Part shown: in pieces, positions 45,600 through 61,847 of the stretch
How the letters are laid out: each line of letters starts with the position of its first letter
Numbering within the stretch: position 1 is the first letter of the stretch
NCBI GenBank assembly: GCA_964016885.1
Contig: OZ024745.1
Span: 35,278,001 to 35,342,000, forward strand
Source: Eledone cirrhosa
Taxonomy: Eukaryota
Direction of reading: 5' to 3'
Length of the DNA stretch: 64,000 nucleotides
Position numbers and translations under genes: made by a program
The notes under the pieces: model-generated
The model's input: only the letters and a program-made list of their open reading frames with translations
The model's database searches: none
Told to the model about the DNA's origin: nothing

Positions 45600-45685
45600 A
45601 TGGACATTGCAGCGATAATGAGGGACAGAGACCGCTGGAGAGAACTCGTTCATGGATCTCGGGAATTTTACCCGCCTTAGATTAG

Positions 45686-45690
<5 letters not shown>
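45600..45690 (+). mobile_element. RTE LINE extreme 3' fragment
   Basis: MRDRDRWRELV motif followed by a (TTAGA)n tail. Confidence 0.55.
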
Positions 45691-45721
<31 letters not shown>

Positions 45722-46232
45722 CTATTCTCTGTTTGTTTTTGCAGTAATTCATTTTATTATGAACTAGTTATCTGGCATTGTGCCAAAAGTAGAAACAATT
45801 ATTAACTAGTTATGCAATCTGCTCCTGATGATATCCTCAGGCTCTTAGGTAAGAATGTAGTATTTTTTGCAACATTGAATCATTAATGGCCGGTCTTCTG
45901 TTGCTTGAATTAAATGAGTATATATATACTCATTTAGGAGGATCCGCTAAGGTGAAACAATTGTTCTCGGTATGGTGAACTAACTGTTGTGTAACCACTT
46001 CTATATATATACAGGAAAAGAGTCAGGACATTTCTTTATGTATGAGAAATGGAAATCTGTTGGCAACAGAAAAGCAAGAATGACGTTATTCCACTCACAT
46101 GGCTTAAGTAGCTGTTTGCATAATTGTAAACGAATTGAATATCATTAATATTCGAAAAACTCAGATTTACTTATCTTGTATTCAGCCATTTAGAGCGATA
46201 AAACTATTTGTTATACACACACAAACAAACAA

Positions 46233-46273
<41 letters not shown>

Positions 46274-46692
46274 TGTGTGTGTGAATGTGCGCGCCCATTG
46301 GTATGATTGAAGAGCAGGCTACTAAAACAATGACATTTTGCTCGCTATTACCGCGAAGGATCTAGTCCGGGGCATTTAACGGACAATGGAAACGGCATGT
46401 AAACTTGGTTTACACTGATTTGAACTATATCATATAAATATAAGTGATATACTTCAATGGCAAAGAATTGTAGAAATATAAGCTAAATCTACCTAAATCT
46501 AAAGCACGCAGTCAAATACTACTCGTTCGTTGTTATGTCCAAGGTCCCATATTTCAGAAACAAATAAGGAAAGAAAGAATATGAATCATTTTAGATTCAA
46601 GAAGAACAACAATAAAAACAAGAAAGTCGTCATGCATATGTGGGCATATATATATATATATATCATTTTCTATATATTTGTATTTCTTCATA

Positions 46693-46749
<57 letters not shown>

Positions 46750-46860
46750 CTCCAGTTCCTCAGTGAAATAACAACCCAACAAGGAACTGGGCATATCAGA
46801 GTAGTGACAATATTATACACCTAAACAACATATGTACTTGTCTATACCATACTAATTCAA

Positions 46861-46915
46861 ACTGCCTGAAGAGGTCACAGCCAAAGATGGCTGTCACTGA
46901 AATATATATAGCAGT
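46861..46915 (+). ncRNA. Hammerhead ribozyme
   Basis: actgc-CTGAAGA-GGTcACAGCCA(aaga)TGGCTGTcACT-GAAA-TATATA-TA-gcagt. Confidence 0.85.
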
Positions 46916-47009
46916 AATAAACGAAGCTAAATTTTAATCATTTGACTTTTATTTAACTTTATTTTATATATTATATATATATATATTATATATATATATA
47001 ATATATATA

Positions 47010-47041
<32 letters not shown>

Positions 47042-47282
47042 TATTTATATATATATATATTATATATATATTATTTATATATATATTATATATATATATA
47101 TATTATTTATATATATATTATATATATATATACACACCCACACCCACACCCACACCCACGCACACACACACACACATACACACAATTTATTCATATATAT
47201 ATATATATTCATTTATTCATATATATATATATGTATATTTATTTATTCATACATATATATTTATTTATTTATTCATATATAT

Positions 47283-47608
<326 letters not shown>

Positions 47609-47699
47609 TACATGCATACTATATATATATATATATTCATTTATTCATATAACTTCGACAGGTTTCGGTCAGTATTGGCCCAGGCCATGTCTAACTTAA

Positions 47700-49155
47700 T
47701 AGCACCACCTGGCCCACTCGAGCAGAGAGTTATTATTTACGGAGGCATATCCGGGTATAGGACGCCTATCCGGGATTTCTTGAAGTAATTTATCCAAAGA
47801 CTTCTTGAACTTGATTGTGTCTGTCTCAGCTTTGATGTGTTTTGGTGTAATCTGAGTGCAGGGCCAATTAAGGTGAAATAATTGTGCCGTATTGTTGTTA
47901 TGTGATGCGAGTGGGATTTTTGTCGAGGGCGGATAGCACGGGGCCCAAGCCTTGGGTGTACGCTAAAGGTGATGCCAACATCATTTGGGCTAAGCTGATG
48001 GAATATTTTCCACATCATACATATAATGTAGCGCTCACGGCGACGTTGAAGAGAATAAAGTTTGAGCTTTTCCAATCGACCCCAATAGTCAAGGCCTGTC
48101 ATGCCATCTATCTTTTTTGTAATTGACCTTTGGGGTGCTTCAACTTTCATGATACTTTGTTTCGTGTGGGGTGACCACAGTGGAAAACAGTATTCAAGGT
48201 GGGGTCGGGCAAAAGTGGAGAAGAGAAGGACAACAGTGTGGATATCTCTCGACTGGAAAGTTCTGAGAATCCAGGAACACATTCAACGAGCCATATCAAC
48301 TTTGCTGTTTATATGAGTGGCCCAGCTTATATTGTTGTCCACAATTACTCCCAGGTCTCTGATGTTATTGGAGGCCACTAGAGTTTCACCCGAAGAAAGA
48401 GTGTATGGTAGTGTCAGGGCATCCTTTTTTCCAAAGTGGATTAGTTCAAACTTATCCTCATTCAACAGCATATTATTAATTTCTGCCCATTGGATAACAG
48501 CCAGTAGGTCTGAGTGAAGGCAAGTCCGGTCACCCACCTCATTGATGACCCTTTGGAGCTTGGAATCATCTGCAAAGATTCTGATGTTGCTGTGTTTGAT
48601 GATGTCAGTAATATCATTAATGTAGATGATGAAAAGAAGTGGGTCCAACACAGTGCCTTGTGGGACGCCACTGCTGACTTTGGCAGGGTTTGATTTTACT
48701 CCTTCAACTACAACATGCTGGGTTCTGCCTGATCCACTGAACATTTGATCCACTGTAGTAACCTTCCAGAGACACTAACATTGGATAGTTTTTTCAGTAG
48801 AATCTTATGATCAACCCTGTCGAAGGCCTTGCTGAAATCAAGGTAGAGGACATCAGTGTTGGAGCCCTCTCCCAAGGCTCTCAAAACATTGTCAAAGTGA
48901 TGCAGGAGCTACGTTAGGCAGTCCCTTCCATTACGGAACCCATGTTGGTTGGAGTTCAGCAGGCCGTTGCTTTCAAGAAAGTGGGTTATTCGTGATCTCA
49001 CCACCCTCTCAAATACCTTGATAATATGAGTGAGATCGGACGGTAGTTCACTGCAATGGACTTATTTCCCTTTTTGAAGACTGGAACAATGGACTGGGAC
49101 AGAAAGTTTTCAGGAATATAGCCAGTGTCCAGTGAGTTCCTCCACAAATTAGCAA
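47700..49155 (-). pseudogene. CR1-clade LINE ORF2 RT fragment, 5'-truncated
   Basis: SGVPQGTVLDPLLFIIYIND, FADDSKL, RDLGV, RPHLEYC, LKLYSLQRRRER. Confidence 0.9.
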
Positions 49156-49259
49156 GAGGAATTGCAAGTTGCATATATATATATGTATATATATTTATTC
49201 ATATATATTTATTTACTTATTCATATATATATATATATATATATATATTCATACATGCA

Positions 49260-49349
<90 letters not shown>

Positions 49350-49372
49350 ATATATATATATATATAATATAT

Positions 49373-49414
<42 letters not shown>

Positions 49415-49425
49415 ATATTATATAT

Positions 49426-49559
<134 letters not shown>

Positions 49560-49565
49560 ATATAT

Positions 49566-49684
<119 letters not shown>

Positions 49685-50112
49685 CTATAAACACATATAT
49701 ATGCATTGATATATTTGTGTGCGTGTGTTGCACACAAATCCTGTCACGCACTCAAATCAATATAAACAAAACGATACAAATAACAAACAAATTTTAACTC
49801 CTCAATGAACTGGATATTTACTTTTAAGAAATTAACCTTTGATATATTTTTTCACATTAAACAATTAATTCATACCTGAAAGTCTGCAAATTAATTAAAT
49901 TTTTCAACGCATCATATTTATAAAACCTACTTTTAACTCTTGGTAATAATTATATTTCATAAATAGACAGAGGAGGGAGGTATTTAATTAAGCAAAGAAT
50001 ATATTTTAATGTAAGATATCTATCAGAATACGAAGACAATACGTGTAGGTATATGTGTATGTTTACTTGTGTATAACTTACATATAAGAAACGGCGGACA
50101 GGGCAACAGTGA

Positions 50113-50159
<47 letters not shown>

Positions 50160-50163
<4 letters not shown>

Positions 50164-51784
50164 ATAATAAAAAAATTGAAGACTAAAATCCAAAGAGGGC
50201 TCGATAAGGATAAATATATATCAAATATATAAGAACCGTAGAGCAAATATTTATTAAAATAACAGATTAAAGTTTAAGCAAAGAATCGCTGCTTTCACCC
50301 TTAACGGGATCTTCTGGAACTAACAAAGTCAATCTGTAAACGCAGAACTGGATATTTCAAAAAACGTTGCAACCGGAGGAAGACAGGAAGACGATACTTT
50401 GGTTCGTGGAAACGTTCGCTGGCAAAGAACGGGAAAAAACGAATAATACGTCATTAATAGGAGCGGTGAAAAACAATTACGCGCAAAGACAGAACCACGT
50501 TTATGGTATAAAAGAGGTCGTGGACTAATGTTCTCTTAGGTGGTGCATAGAGACGTTCTCTGGCAATGAACGAAAAAACGAAGATAATAAGTCATATGTG
50601 GAGCGTGGAGAACAATAGCACGCAAAGACAAAACCACGTAAATGGTATAGCAGAAGTCGTAGACTAAAATTCTAACTAGGAGACCAAATGAATCTCCGCT
50701 ACAGAGTTAAGAACAAAGTAAATAAATACAATACAGAAGTAATAGAAATAAATAAATACATACACGCAAACAAATACGTACATACACAAGCATACGCAAA
50801 ACCTTACCATAGGTATACAAAACCACGCACATATAAATATGTGTGTGTGTGTATGCTTGTGTACAAATAAATAAATAATTATATAAACGTATATAAGTAA
50901 ATAAATACGTATATAACAAGCGCACACACATACCTACATATAAATAAAACGAATGTTCGGAGACGTAAGTCAACTAAACCAAGAAGTACACATATACACA
51001 CACCCACCATACGTACGAACCTGCATACTCACGCAGACGCAAAACTCCCGTATACACATAGCCAAACCCTAAATACCAGAATATATAAAAATTATACGCC
51101 ATAACAATCAAATATACGTACGAGAAGGTATACATACCTTCACAAAACATACGGGTAATATATACTTACCTATGCAAATAAGTAAAGGAATAAACAAAAT
51201 ATATACTTAGCTCCCACATCAAGACGTAAAATATCCACGTATAGATCGTACTATCCGTTAGGGTATAACGTGGGGCTGTAATACAGGAAAGTTTTGTGCA
51301 ATTTATGTTTACAAGCCGAAATTGCCTCAGATTTTTTGTTTAAGATGTGGTCTGTGGCGTAGAGTATTTCCAGGGCCTCAGCGGCGCAGAGGTCACATGG
51401 TCTTTTATTTCCGTTATACGATCTAGCCCTAGCTAAGATCTTCCAGTGTAACTTATATTGGGTGTGGTTGTCTTTTAGACTCCAGATATATGCTGAAAGT
51501 GACGTCATATTCCTTCTTAGAGGGTAACGAAAAGAATGGGTATGCATGTAAAGACGCTGCTTGAAACTATTGGCGGTTAACCCTATGTAGGCCCTACGGG
51601 ACGTGGGTGTTACAACCTTACATTTGTAGACAATGTTACCAGAGAGGCATTTCCCGGATAGGGGGCAATCAGCCTGATTCCTACAATTACAGTTAGTACT
51701 AACTACAGGGTTGCAGGTGTTCCTACGGCTAGGTAGTTTAGCTAAATTTGAAGCTGTGATGTTATGTGCAAGGTTAGGAGTCAC
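50160..51784 (-). mobile_element. 5'-truncated Penelope-like element C (GIY-YIG at 51251-51784, long 3'UTR, terminus at 50160)
   Basis: CNCRNQADCPLSGKC..NIVYKC..AYIGLTANSFKQRLYMH, CDLC..E, LNKKSE..CKH. Confidence 0.88.
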
Positions 51785-52052
51785 TCACGAGCTGCGGATT
51801 ACAGAATCAGGTCAAATCGATACAGATCGAACCTTGAGTTGGTCAGTGGCAAAACGTGTGTCACCAACCAATAAACGTAATGAAGGAGTAACTAATCGTC
51901 CTTGTTATCTTATTTAATACACTCTGTATAGCTCTACACCTCGGCACTGAAGTGAACCTGAACATCGAGTGCTCACCCGGGTGAAATACAGTAACTCCAA
52001 GTTACACTCGCTGGAGTAAGAAATGTTTTTCTTATATCAAATTTTATTGGGC

Positions 52053-52177
52053 TTCCACTGATGATTTATAAACGCCCACCTAAATATATTCTTACATGAA
52101 TGTATATTAGGCTTCTACATAAACTGGAAATATTCTCCGAATTTGTAGAAAACTTATAATGAAACAATTGTTTGGAA
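52053..52177 (+). ncRNA. Hammerhead with branched 96-nt stem II domain
   Basis: ttcca-CTGATGA-tTTATAA..two hairpins..TTATAAt-GAAA-CAATTG-TT-tggaa. Confidence 0.75.
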
Positions 52178-52358
52178 AGAGAGATATATTTTAACTTTAA
52201 TTATATCTCATAAAATAATACAACTGGCTTTTCCACATAATACATATTGTTAGCACCCCAAACACTTAAATTGGGTTTATATTAAAATATAACCGAATGT
52301 TTGTTGAGTGAGATGGTTACCAGTCAGAGATTAGCTTTAAACTATCTCTGTTATTGTA

Positions 52359-52407
<49 letters not shown>

Positions 52408-52944
52408 CATACATACATACATACATACATACATGCATACCTGCAGACATACATATATATATATATATATATTCAGGGAATGAGAGAGTTAGAAAGTGAG
52501 AAAGAGAGAACGAAAGAAGGAGAGATAGGGGGGGGGGGAGATAGATGGAGAGAAAAAGAGAGACCAAGATATATAATAGTATCTATATTTTCTTACGGCA
52601 AATTACGAGTTCTTATTAAACTGGAGAAACATCAGTGTACGCACAGTCTCATATATGAGTACACGAAGAAACACCCAAACGAATTATATTCCAACGGAGT
52701 AATGTATACTCATTCTCGTATAGAAACGCATATATATGAATATATAGATGTATATATATATGCATATTTACATGTATGCATACATACATGTATGCATATA
52801 TAAATGTATATATATATGCATACATGTATATATGCATATTTATATATATATTTTGGAACGATTGACTATCGTCAAATCGGACCGAGGAAACAATGTTTCC
52901 ATTTGTTTTTCCAGTTGCTAATACTATCTAGCGGTCGCAACTCG

Positions 52945-53071
52945 AGGTAGACGGAGCAACGTGAAATAAAATGTCTTTCTCAAGGACATAACGCATCATC
53001 TGGTATGGGAATCGAACTCACAACCTCAAGATTGCGAATCCAGTTCTCTAACCACTCAGCCACACGCCTTC
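52945..53071 (-). mobile_element. tRNA-derived SINE (V-domain-like core)
   Basis: Minus strand tggctgagtggttaga..gagttcgattccc..gttatgtccttgag. Confidence 0.7.
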
Positions 53072-53424
53072 ATTAATGCATATATATATATATATATATA
53101 TATACATTTATATATGCATATATATATATATGTATATATATATTACATATATATATATATATAAATATATATATATATGCATATATACATGTATGCATAT
53201 ATAAATTTATATATATATATGCATATATATATATATATATACATATATGTATATGCATATATATATATATTTATATATATATGTGTGTATATGTATATAT
53301 ATATGCATATATATATATATATATATATAGTAATAATAAGGTATATATATATATGCATATATATATAAATATATATATGTATATGCCTATATATATATTT
53401 ATAAATATATATATGCATATATAT

Positions 53425-53462
<38 letters not shown>

Positions 53463-53861
53463 GTATATGCATATATATATATGCATATATATATATGCAT
53501 ATATATATATATGCATATATATATATATATATAGCGGCGATGAACAACAACAACACCCAAACAAACAACACTGACCTAAGAGAAGTATAAATAAGTAAAT
53601 AAAAATAAAATTAAATAAAATAAGATAAATAAATACATACACAAGCACATAAACACACACTAGTCACCCAGCAGACACAACACTATACACACTAGTCACA
53701 CATCACACATAACACTATACACACACGCAAACGCATGCGCAAAGAAGACAAAATAAAATAAGATAAACAAACAAGCAAATAAATAAATAAATATATAGAC
53801 AGACTGAACAAAAAAATGGCGTAGACATACAACACAACAGGAGGAACAATGAATATAACAC

Positions 53862-53899
53862 CACTGACGATGTTGCAGATGTGCAACGAAAGATTTATG
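53862..53899 (+). ncRNA. Hammerhead-like motif in pLTR-like island 53530-54110
   Basis: CTGACGA-t-GTTGCA(gatg)TGCAAC-GAAA-GATT-TA; weak stem I; the island ends in atatgaccctccc like the PLE D family. Confidence 0.55.
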
Positions 53900-54106
53900 T
53901 AAATTATGTAAACTATATATATGTGTTTGTGTCTATATTGTATCTGTATTATTTTTGACCGCCGGTCAGTCAATGGCAACATTGAGGACCGAGTAAGTTA
54001 GATCGCAGATATATATATATAAAAGACAGCGAGAAGCGAAAACCAACCAAACAGTGAGTGTGTTCTGTTATTAATTCTGGCAATATTACGCAAATATGAC
54101 CCTCCC

Positions 54107-54389
<283 letters not shown>

Positions 54390-54408
54390 TATATATATAT
54401 AAATATAA

Positions 54409-54508
<100 letters not shown>

Positions 54509-54789
54509 TATATATATATGCATATATATATGCATATATATATATGCATATACATATATATATATATATTTATATATATATATATATAGTAATAATAATA
54601 AATGTGAAGACTAAAATCCAAAGAGGGCTCGATAAGGATAAATATATATCAAATATATAAGAACCGTAGAGCAAATATTTATTAAAATAACAGATTAAAG
54701 TTTAAGCAAAGAATCGGTGCTTTCACTCTTAACGGGATCTACTGAGTTTCAGCAGCGATTCTTTGCTTAAACTTTAATCGGTTATTTTA

Positions 54790-54965
<176 letters not shown>

Positions 54966-55015
54966 ATATATATATATATATATATATATATAAAGATATA
55001 TATATATATATATAA

Positions 55016-55155
<140 letters not shown>

Positions 55156-55189
55156 ATATATATATATATATATATATTAATATATATAT

Positions 55190-55220
<31 letters not shown>

Positions 55221-55273
55221 AATATATATATAAATATAAATATATATATATGTATATATATTAATATATATAT

Positions 55274-55304
<31 letters not shown>

Positions 55305-55344
55305 AATATATATATAAATATAAATATATATATATGTATATATA

Positions 55345-55380
<36 letters not shown>

Positions 55381-55486
55381 TATATATATAAATATATATA
55401 TATATTAATATATATGTTGATTTAAAACTGTTGATTTAAAACTGCACTGTTTACAAGTGTATTTTAACCTTCATATCATGTCTTCC

Positions 55487-55557
55487 TATTTTATCTGACG
55501 AAAACACAAATGTTATTGCATGATGATATTTGGTTTTGAAATGCGCATAATAAAATA
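55487..55557 (+). ncRNA. Hammerhead ribozyme
   Basis: tattttat-CTGACGA-AAAC..GTTTt-GAAA-TGCGCA-TA-ataaaata. Confidence 0.8.
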
Positions 55558-55640
55558 CATGGAACTCTTTTAACCATCTTTTGATCTTATATATTATATT
55601 AATATATATATATAAATATATATAAATTAATATATATATA

Positions 55641-56597
55641 TATAATAAATAACAAAGAACGCCTATAGCATATGCATATCTTTACTTGCTAACATTGTTT
55701 CATCCGCACTATAAGTGGGACTCAGCAGAGCATAAAGGTTAATTACATACCATACAAGCAATAACAAATCCAAGACATTGAAGAATGAAAAATAATAGAA
55801 GATAAAGGATATTAAGGAAGTAAAAATAAAAATAAAAATAAAAATAAAAATAAAAATAAAAATAAAAATAAAAATAAAAATAAAAATAAAAATAAAAATA
55901 AAAATAAAAATAAAAATAAAAATAAAAATAAAAATAAAAATAAAAATAAAAATAAAAATAAAAATAAAAATAAAAATAAAAATAAAAATAAAAATAAAAA
56001 TAAAAATAAAAATAAAAATAATAAAATAAACAATGAAAAATAAGGGGTGCTATCAGTCACAGCTGGGCGGGGTGCTGTCAACATATAGTTACATACAAGC
56101 ATACACATGGATAAGAGAACAGACAAGAGTAGATAAGATAGATAGGATTAGGTAAGAGTAGGTAAAAAATAGGTGAAAAACAGACTTATAATATATATAA
56201 GAAAATATAAAGAAATATATAACAAACTTACATATAAAATATACAGATAATAGTGATACAGGGTAAGGAATGAAATAAAATAATATAAAATTAAATTTGT
56301 TGACAGCACCCCGCCCAACTGTGACTGATAGCACCCCTTATTTTTCATTGTTTATTTTATTATTTTTATTTTTATTTTTATTTTTATTTTTATTTTTATT
56401 CTTATTTTTACTTTTACTTCCTTAATATCCTTTATCTTCTATTATTTTTCATTCTTCAATGTCTTGGATTTGTTATTGCTTGTATGGTATGTAATTAACC
56501 TTTATGCTCTGCTGAGTCCCACTTATAGTGCGGATGAAACAATGTTAGCAAGTAAAGATATGCATATGCTATAGGCGTTCTTTGTTATTTATTATAT
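55641..56597. mobile_element. Fold-back element with (TAAAAA)n and an A6C-variant hammerhead in both arms (55687-55732 -, 56505-56550 +)
   Basis: Arms 55641-56083/56298-56597; tgct-CTGCTGA-GTCC..GGAT-GAAA-CAATG-TT-agca. Confidence 0.75.
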
Positions 56598-56684
56598 CAC
56601 GGCTCTGTCCTCAGACATCGAGCTAACCTTATACTGCCTGGTGGATAAGTGGAGTGTTATACACCCCTGATCCTCTCCCTAGTA

Positions 56685-56783
<99 letters not shown>

Positions 56784-56835
56784 AATATATATATAAATAA
56801 ATATATATATAAATAAATATATATATATATATATA

Positions 56836-56885
<50 letters not shown>

Positions 56886-56923
56886 TATATATATAAATAT
56901 ATATATATAAATATATATATATA

Positions 56924-56957
<34 letters not shown>

Positions 56958-56966
56958 AATATATAA

Positions 56967-57029
<63 letters not shown>

Positions 57030-57038
57030 TATATATAA

Positions 57039-57273
<235 letters not shown>

Positions 57274-57282
57274 GATATATCG

Positions 57283-57328
<46 letters not shown>

Positions 57329-57409
57329 GCATATACATATATATATATGTGTTTATTCATATATATATATTTCGTTTCTGAATTTGTTTAGCAAGATTAC
57401 TTATCTGAA

Positions 57410-58262
57410 ACCGATATTGTTATACTTTGGGAGGGTCATGTTCCCATTAAGAAACACACGCACAAGTTGTTTTCACTTCAATTTATTATACTAAACACTA
57501 ATTAGTAATACATACCCTTTTCAAAGACCCCCCTCTATAGATAGAAAATGCATAATCTGTAAGATAATCCCCCATGTTAACTGTAAAACTAGAAACATCG
57601 CATATAGCATAAGATGTACTGAGGGACAATGTAAAAATAAGAGTATAATGTTCATAGGTGATGAGACAGCTCGTAGCATAGGGGAACGATTAAATGAACA
57701 CTGGCGAGAAGAGACTCTATCAATACTCCACGAACATGCCAAAATAGAACACAAGGGTAAATTAGAGAACATAGAGATAAAAATATGATCCTCGCACAGA
57801 AAAGACGCAATGTCTAGACAAATCACATAGGCAATAAACATAAATGAACTCCAACCAAAATTAAATAAAAAACATGAATGGAATAGCATCATCACAACTT
57901 ATAATTAAGAACAAAATGAAAACACACACACCAACTAGTAACATGTAAATAAACAAATAAATAAACAAATAAAAAAACACACAGACACCCGGATGTAACA
58001 CATGTGCAAACTAGGCACACATCAAACAAAAAAACAAGATGGCGTAGGACAGAACAAACGAAAGGCACAAAATAAAAAATAAAGAAAAGAATCCCCCAGT
58101 CAATGAAGAGGTCATAGAATGTGTGACAATATATGAACAACCATCCGGCTATAGAACTAACCAACCAACCAACCAACCAACCGGAAATTTCTAATAAATT
58201 GAAATGAATCATCTGGTGCGTGTGTTTCTTATTGGCAATATGACCCTCCCGAAGTATAACAT
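57410..58262 (+). mobile_element. 5'-truncated Penelope-like element D: inverted terminus (57410-57490), GIY-YIG remnant (~57522-57885, not in the ORF track) and pLTR
   Basis: Hand translation CIIC..NCKTRNIAYSIRC..MFIGDETARSIGERLNEH..LQPKLNKKHEW with two stops. Confidence 0.8.
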
Positions 58263-58303
58263 ATATATATTTAAAAGAATAGAGGTGTAACACACGAGTT
58301 ATG

Positions 58304-58601
58304 ATATATTGGTAAAAGGAAAAGAAAATGCTGATAAATTGTTCCCAGTGAAAAATAGTTTAATTAGGAATAAGTAAAAATTAGTAATAAGTATTGGTTA
58401 GTATTCAGATTTGGATTTAGAGCAAACATCACGGGCGCTCTATCTCAAAATTATTTTTGAAAAGCATTAGAAATGCGCAACCGGTAAAAATTAAAACCAA
58501 AACTGAATACTAACCAATACTTATTACTAATTTGTACTTATTCCTAATTAAACTATTTTTCACTGGGAACAATTTGTCAGCATTTTCTTTTCCTTTTACC
58601 A

Positions 58602-58607
<6 letters not shown>
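58304..58607 (+). mobile_element. Fold-back mini-element (105-bp arms) enclosing a degenerate U3-A8 hammerhead (58454-58490)
   Basis: ttt-TTGAAAA-GCATT(aga)AATGC-GcAA-CCGG-TA-aaa. Confidence 0.7.
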
Positions 58608-58634
<27 letters not shown>

Positions 58635-58651
58635 GGCATATATATAAATAT

Positions 58652-58702
<51 letters not shown>

Positions 58703-58759
58703 AAATAATAAAAATAATGAATAAAAACAAAGGAACAGTTCCTTATATTAAACAATTCA

Positions 58760-58891
58760 TCATTTTACGATCGTTTCTAGGATATATATGTGTGTGTTGG
58801 TATGTATATCATATAGATCTATGTAAAAGTTTTATACACTATCAGAGGGAATATACATACCTACACATATATATGCTATCTTCAGAAATAA
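58760..58891 (-). ncRNA. Hammerhead with 101-nt stem II domain (homolog of 36097-36242)
   Basis: ttattt-CTGAAGA-TAG..CTA-GAAA-CGATCG-TA-aaatga. Confidence 0.8.
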
Positions 58892-59163
58892 TATATATAT
58901 ATATATGCATATATATATATGTGTGTGTGTGCGTGTATGTGTATAAATATGTATGTATATATATATATGCATGTATATATATATGTATATATATATATAT
59001 GTATGTGTGTATATATATATAAATATATATATGTATATGTCTATATATGTATATATATATGTATATATATATGTATATATATATATGTATACATATATGT
59101 GTATATATATATATATATGTATATGTCTATATATGTATATATATGTATGTATACATGTATGTG

Positions 59164-59196
<33 letters not shown>

Positions 59197-59263
59197 ATGT
59201 ATATATATATATGTCTGTGTGTATATATTAGTATATGTATATATATATATTTATATATTTATA

Positions 59264-59318
<55 letters not shown>

Positions 59319-59457
59319 TTATATATATTTATATACACACACACATACACACACATATATATATATTGAGGTAGAAGCTGCTAAATAGTCGGTCGTCCCT
59401 TGTCTCTTATTTCAGCCCCATGGATTTTATCTGTTATATTCCTTTGTTATATTTTCA

Positions 59458-59515
59458 ATACCTGATGATATCACCGGATTCATACTGAACCCGGTCATTG
59501 AAATGATCATAGTAT
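59458..59515 (+). ncRNA. Hammerhead ribozyme
   Basis: atac-CTGATGA-tATcACCGG..CCGGTcATt-GAAA-TGATCA-TA-gtat. Confidence 0.8.
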
Positions 59516-59559
59516 AATAAACCTTTCAAGGATTGACACCAGTCCAGCCTCCTGTTATT

Positions 59560-59626
<67 letters not shown>

Positions 59627-60053
59627 GAAAGGTATAGAAAACATTGTAGCAAAATATATACATATCTAGATATATACATATATATATATACACACATATA
59701 TTTATAAATATATATATATACATATATGTATACATACATATACATATATATTTATACATATATACATATATATATACATATATATATATACACACATATA
59801 TATGCATGTATATATATATACACACACAAATACTTATATAAATACATATGTTTATATATATATATATAATGCGTAAATTAATATAAAATGAGGAACTATC
59901 ACCTGAATTTCGACATATTTGTGCGCTTATATATTCATATACATATATGGTTGTAGAAATAAAACAAAATAAACGCAATTAGGCTAAAATAATAGTTATT
60001 AGGATCACGCTTGTTAGGAAGGGAAGGTGGGTTCTACATTACATATATATATT

Positions 60054-60091
<38 letters not shown>

Positions 60092-60378
60092 TGTGCGTCT
60101 GAGTGTGTGTGTGTGTGTGTGTGTATGTGTGTATTCCACCATTCGACAATGTAGATTATATACAAATTCTATCGTCACTGACAGCACGCCAGTATCTCAA
60201 TCCTAACCGTTACATCTTCAATCATACTACTTTTTTCCACCGATATGCAATGCACCGTTTTATAGAAATTTAGGTTCGAATGCTTTTCAAGCTTACATTA
60301 AATAATAGTAAAGTGTAACACACACACACACACACACATATGTATATATATATATATACATATATATATTTAAATATG

Positions 60379-60454
<76 letters not shown>

Positions 60455-60468
60455 AATATATATATATA

Positions 60469-60516
<48 letters not shown>

Positions 60517-60624
60517 CACATATATATAAATATGTATACATATATATATATATATAAATATGTGTATACATATATATATATAAATATGTATGTACATATA
60601 TATATATATATGTATATAAATATG

Positions 60625-60666
<42 letters not shown>

Positions 60667-60714
60667 CACATATATACACACATATATCTATATATACATA
60701 TATATATACACACT

Positions 60715-60760
<46 letters not shown>

Positions 60761-60989
60761 TATATATATAACGAAGGAAGTGTGGTAAGGAGCCAGGTGG
60801 ACTATAACGCACCAGAGTACTCGATACTTTGGGTAGTAGAGTGGGTAATGGGAAAAGAGTCAACACCACGACCGCAGAGCTGAAGACGTTTCTATATATA
60901 TATGTGTATATATACGTGTATTTATATATATACACATAAATGGAAAAGAATGAAACGAAATTTCATTTTTCCCTCTTAGTACGGCTGAT

Positions 60990-61112
<123 letters not shown>

Positions 61113-61229
61113 CAAATATAAATTAGCGAGAATCGTATTTCAGCTCAAGAATTAACGTAAACCAACTTCCGAGATGTGTGACAAGCGCTCGATGATTCAT
61201 ATGAATCAGAGCTACAACATACGTTAAGG

Positions 61230-61369
<140 letters not shown>

Positions 61370-61396
61370 CATATATATATGTATATATACACACAG

Positions 61397-61433
<37 letters not shown>

Positions 61434-61783
61434 ACGAAGGAAATGTGGTAAGGAACCAGGTGGACCATAACGCACCAAAGTACTCAATACTTGAGGTAGT
61501 AGAGTGGGTAATAGGAACCAGTAAGACCCCGACAGCTGAGCTCAAGCCGTTTCGACTGCTAATTCTGAGTCCAGAATTAGCCGTCGAAACGGCTTGAGCT
61601 CAGCTGTCGGGGTCTTACTGGTTCCTATTATATATATATATATATATATACATACATGTATATATACATACATATGTATATATATACACACACATACACA
61701 TATATATAGATACATATATATGTATCTATATATATGTATATACACACACACATATATATGTATGTTTGTATATATATATATAC

Positions 61784-61847
<64 letters not shown>

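Noticed and set aside
57780-57835. In-frame TGA in PLE D as possible selenocysteine (reported for some PLEs)
   Set aside because: It is not at an evident Cys position and a TAG follows shortly. The PLE A remnant has a TAA stop, not TGA, so decay is the simpler explanation.
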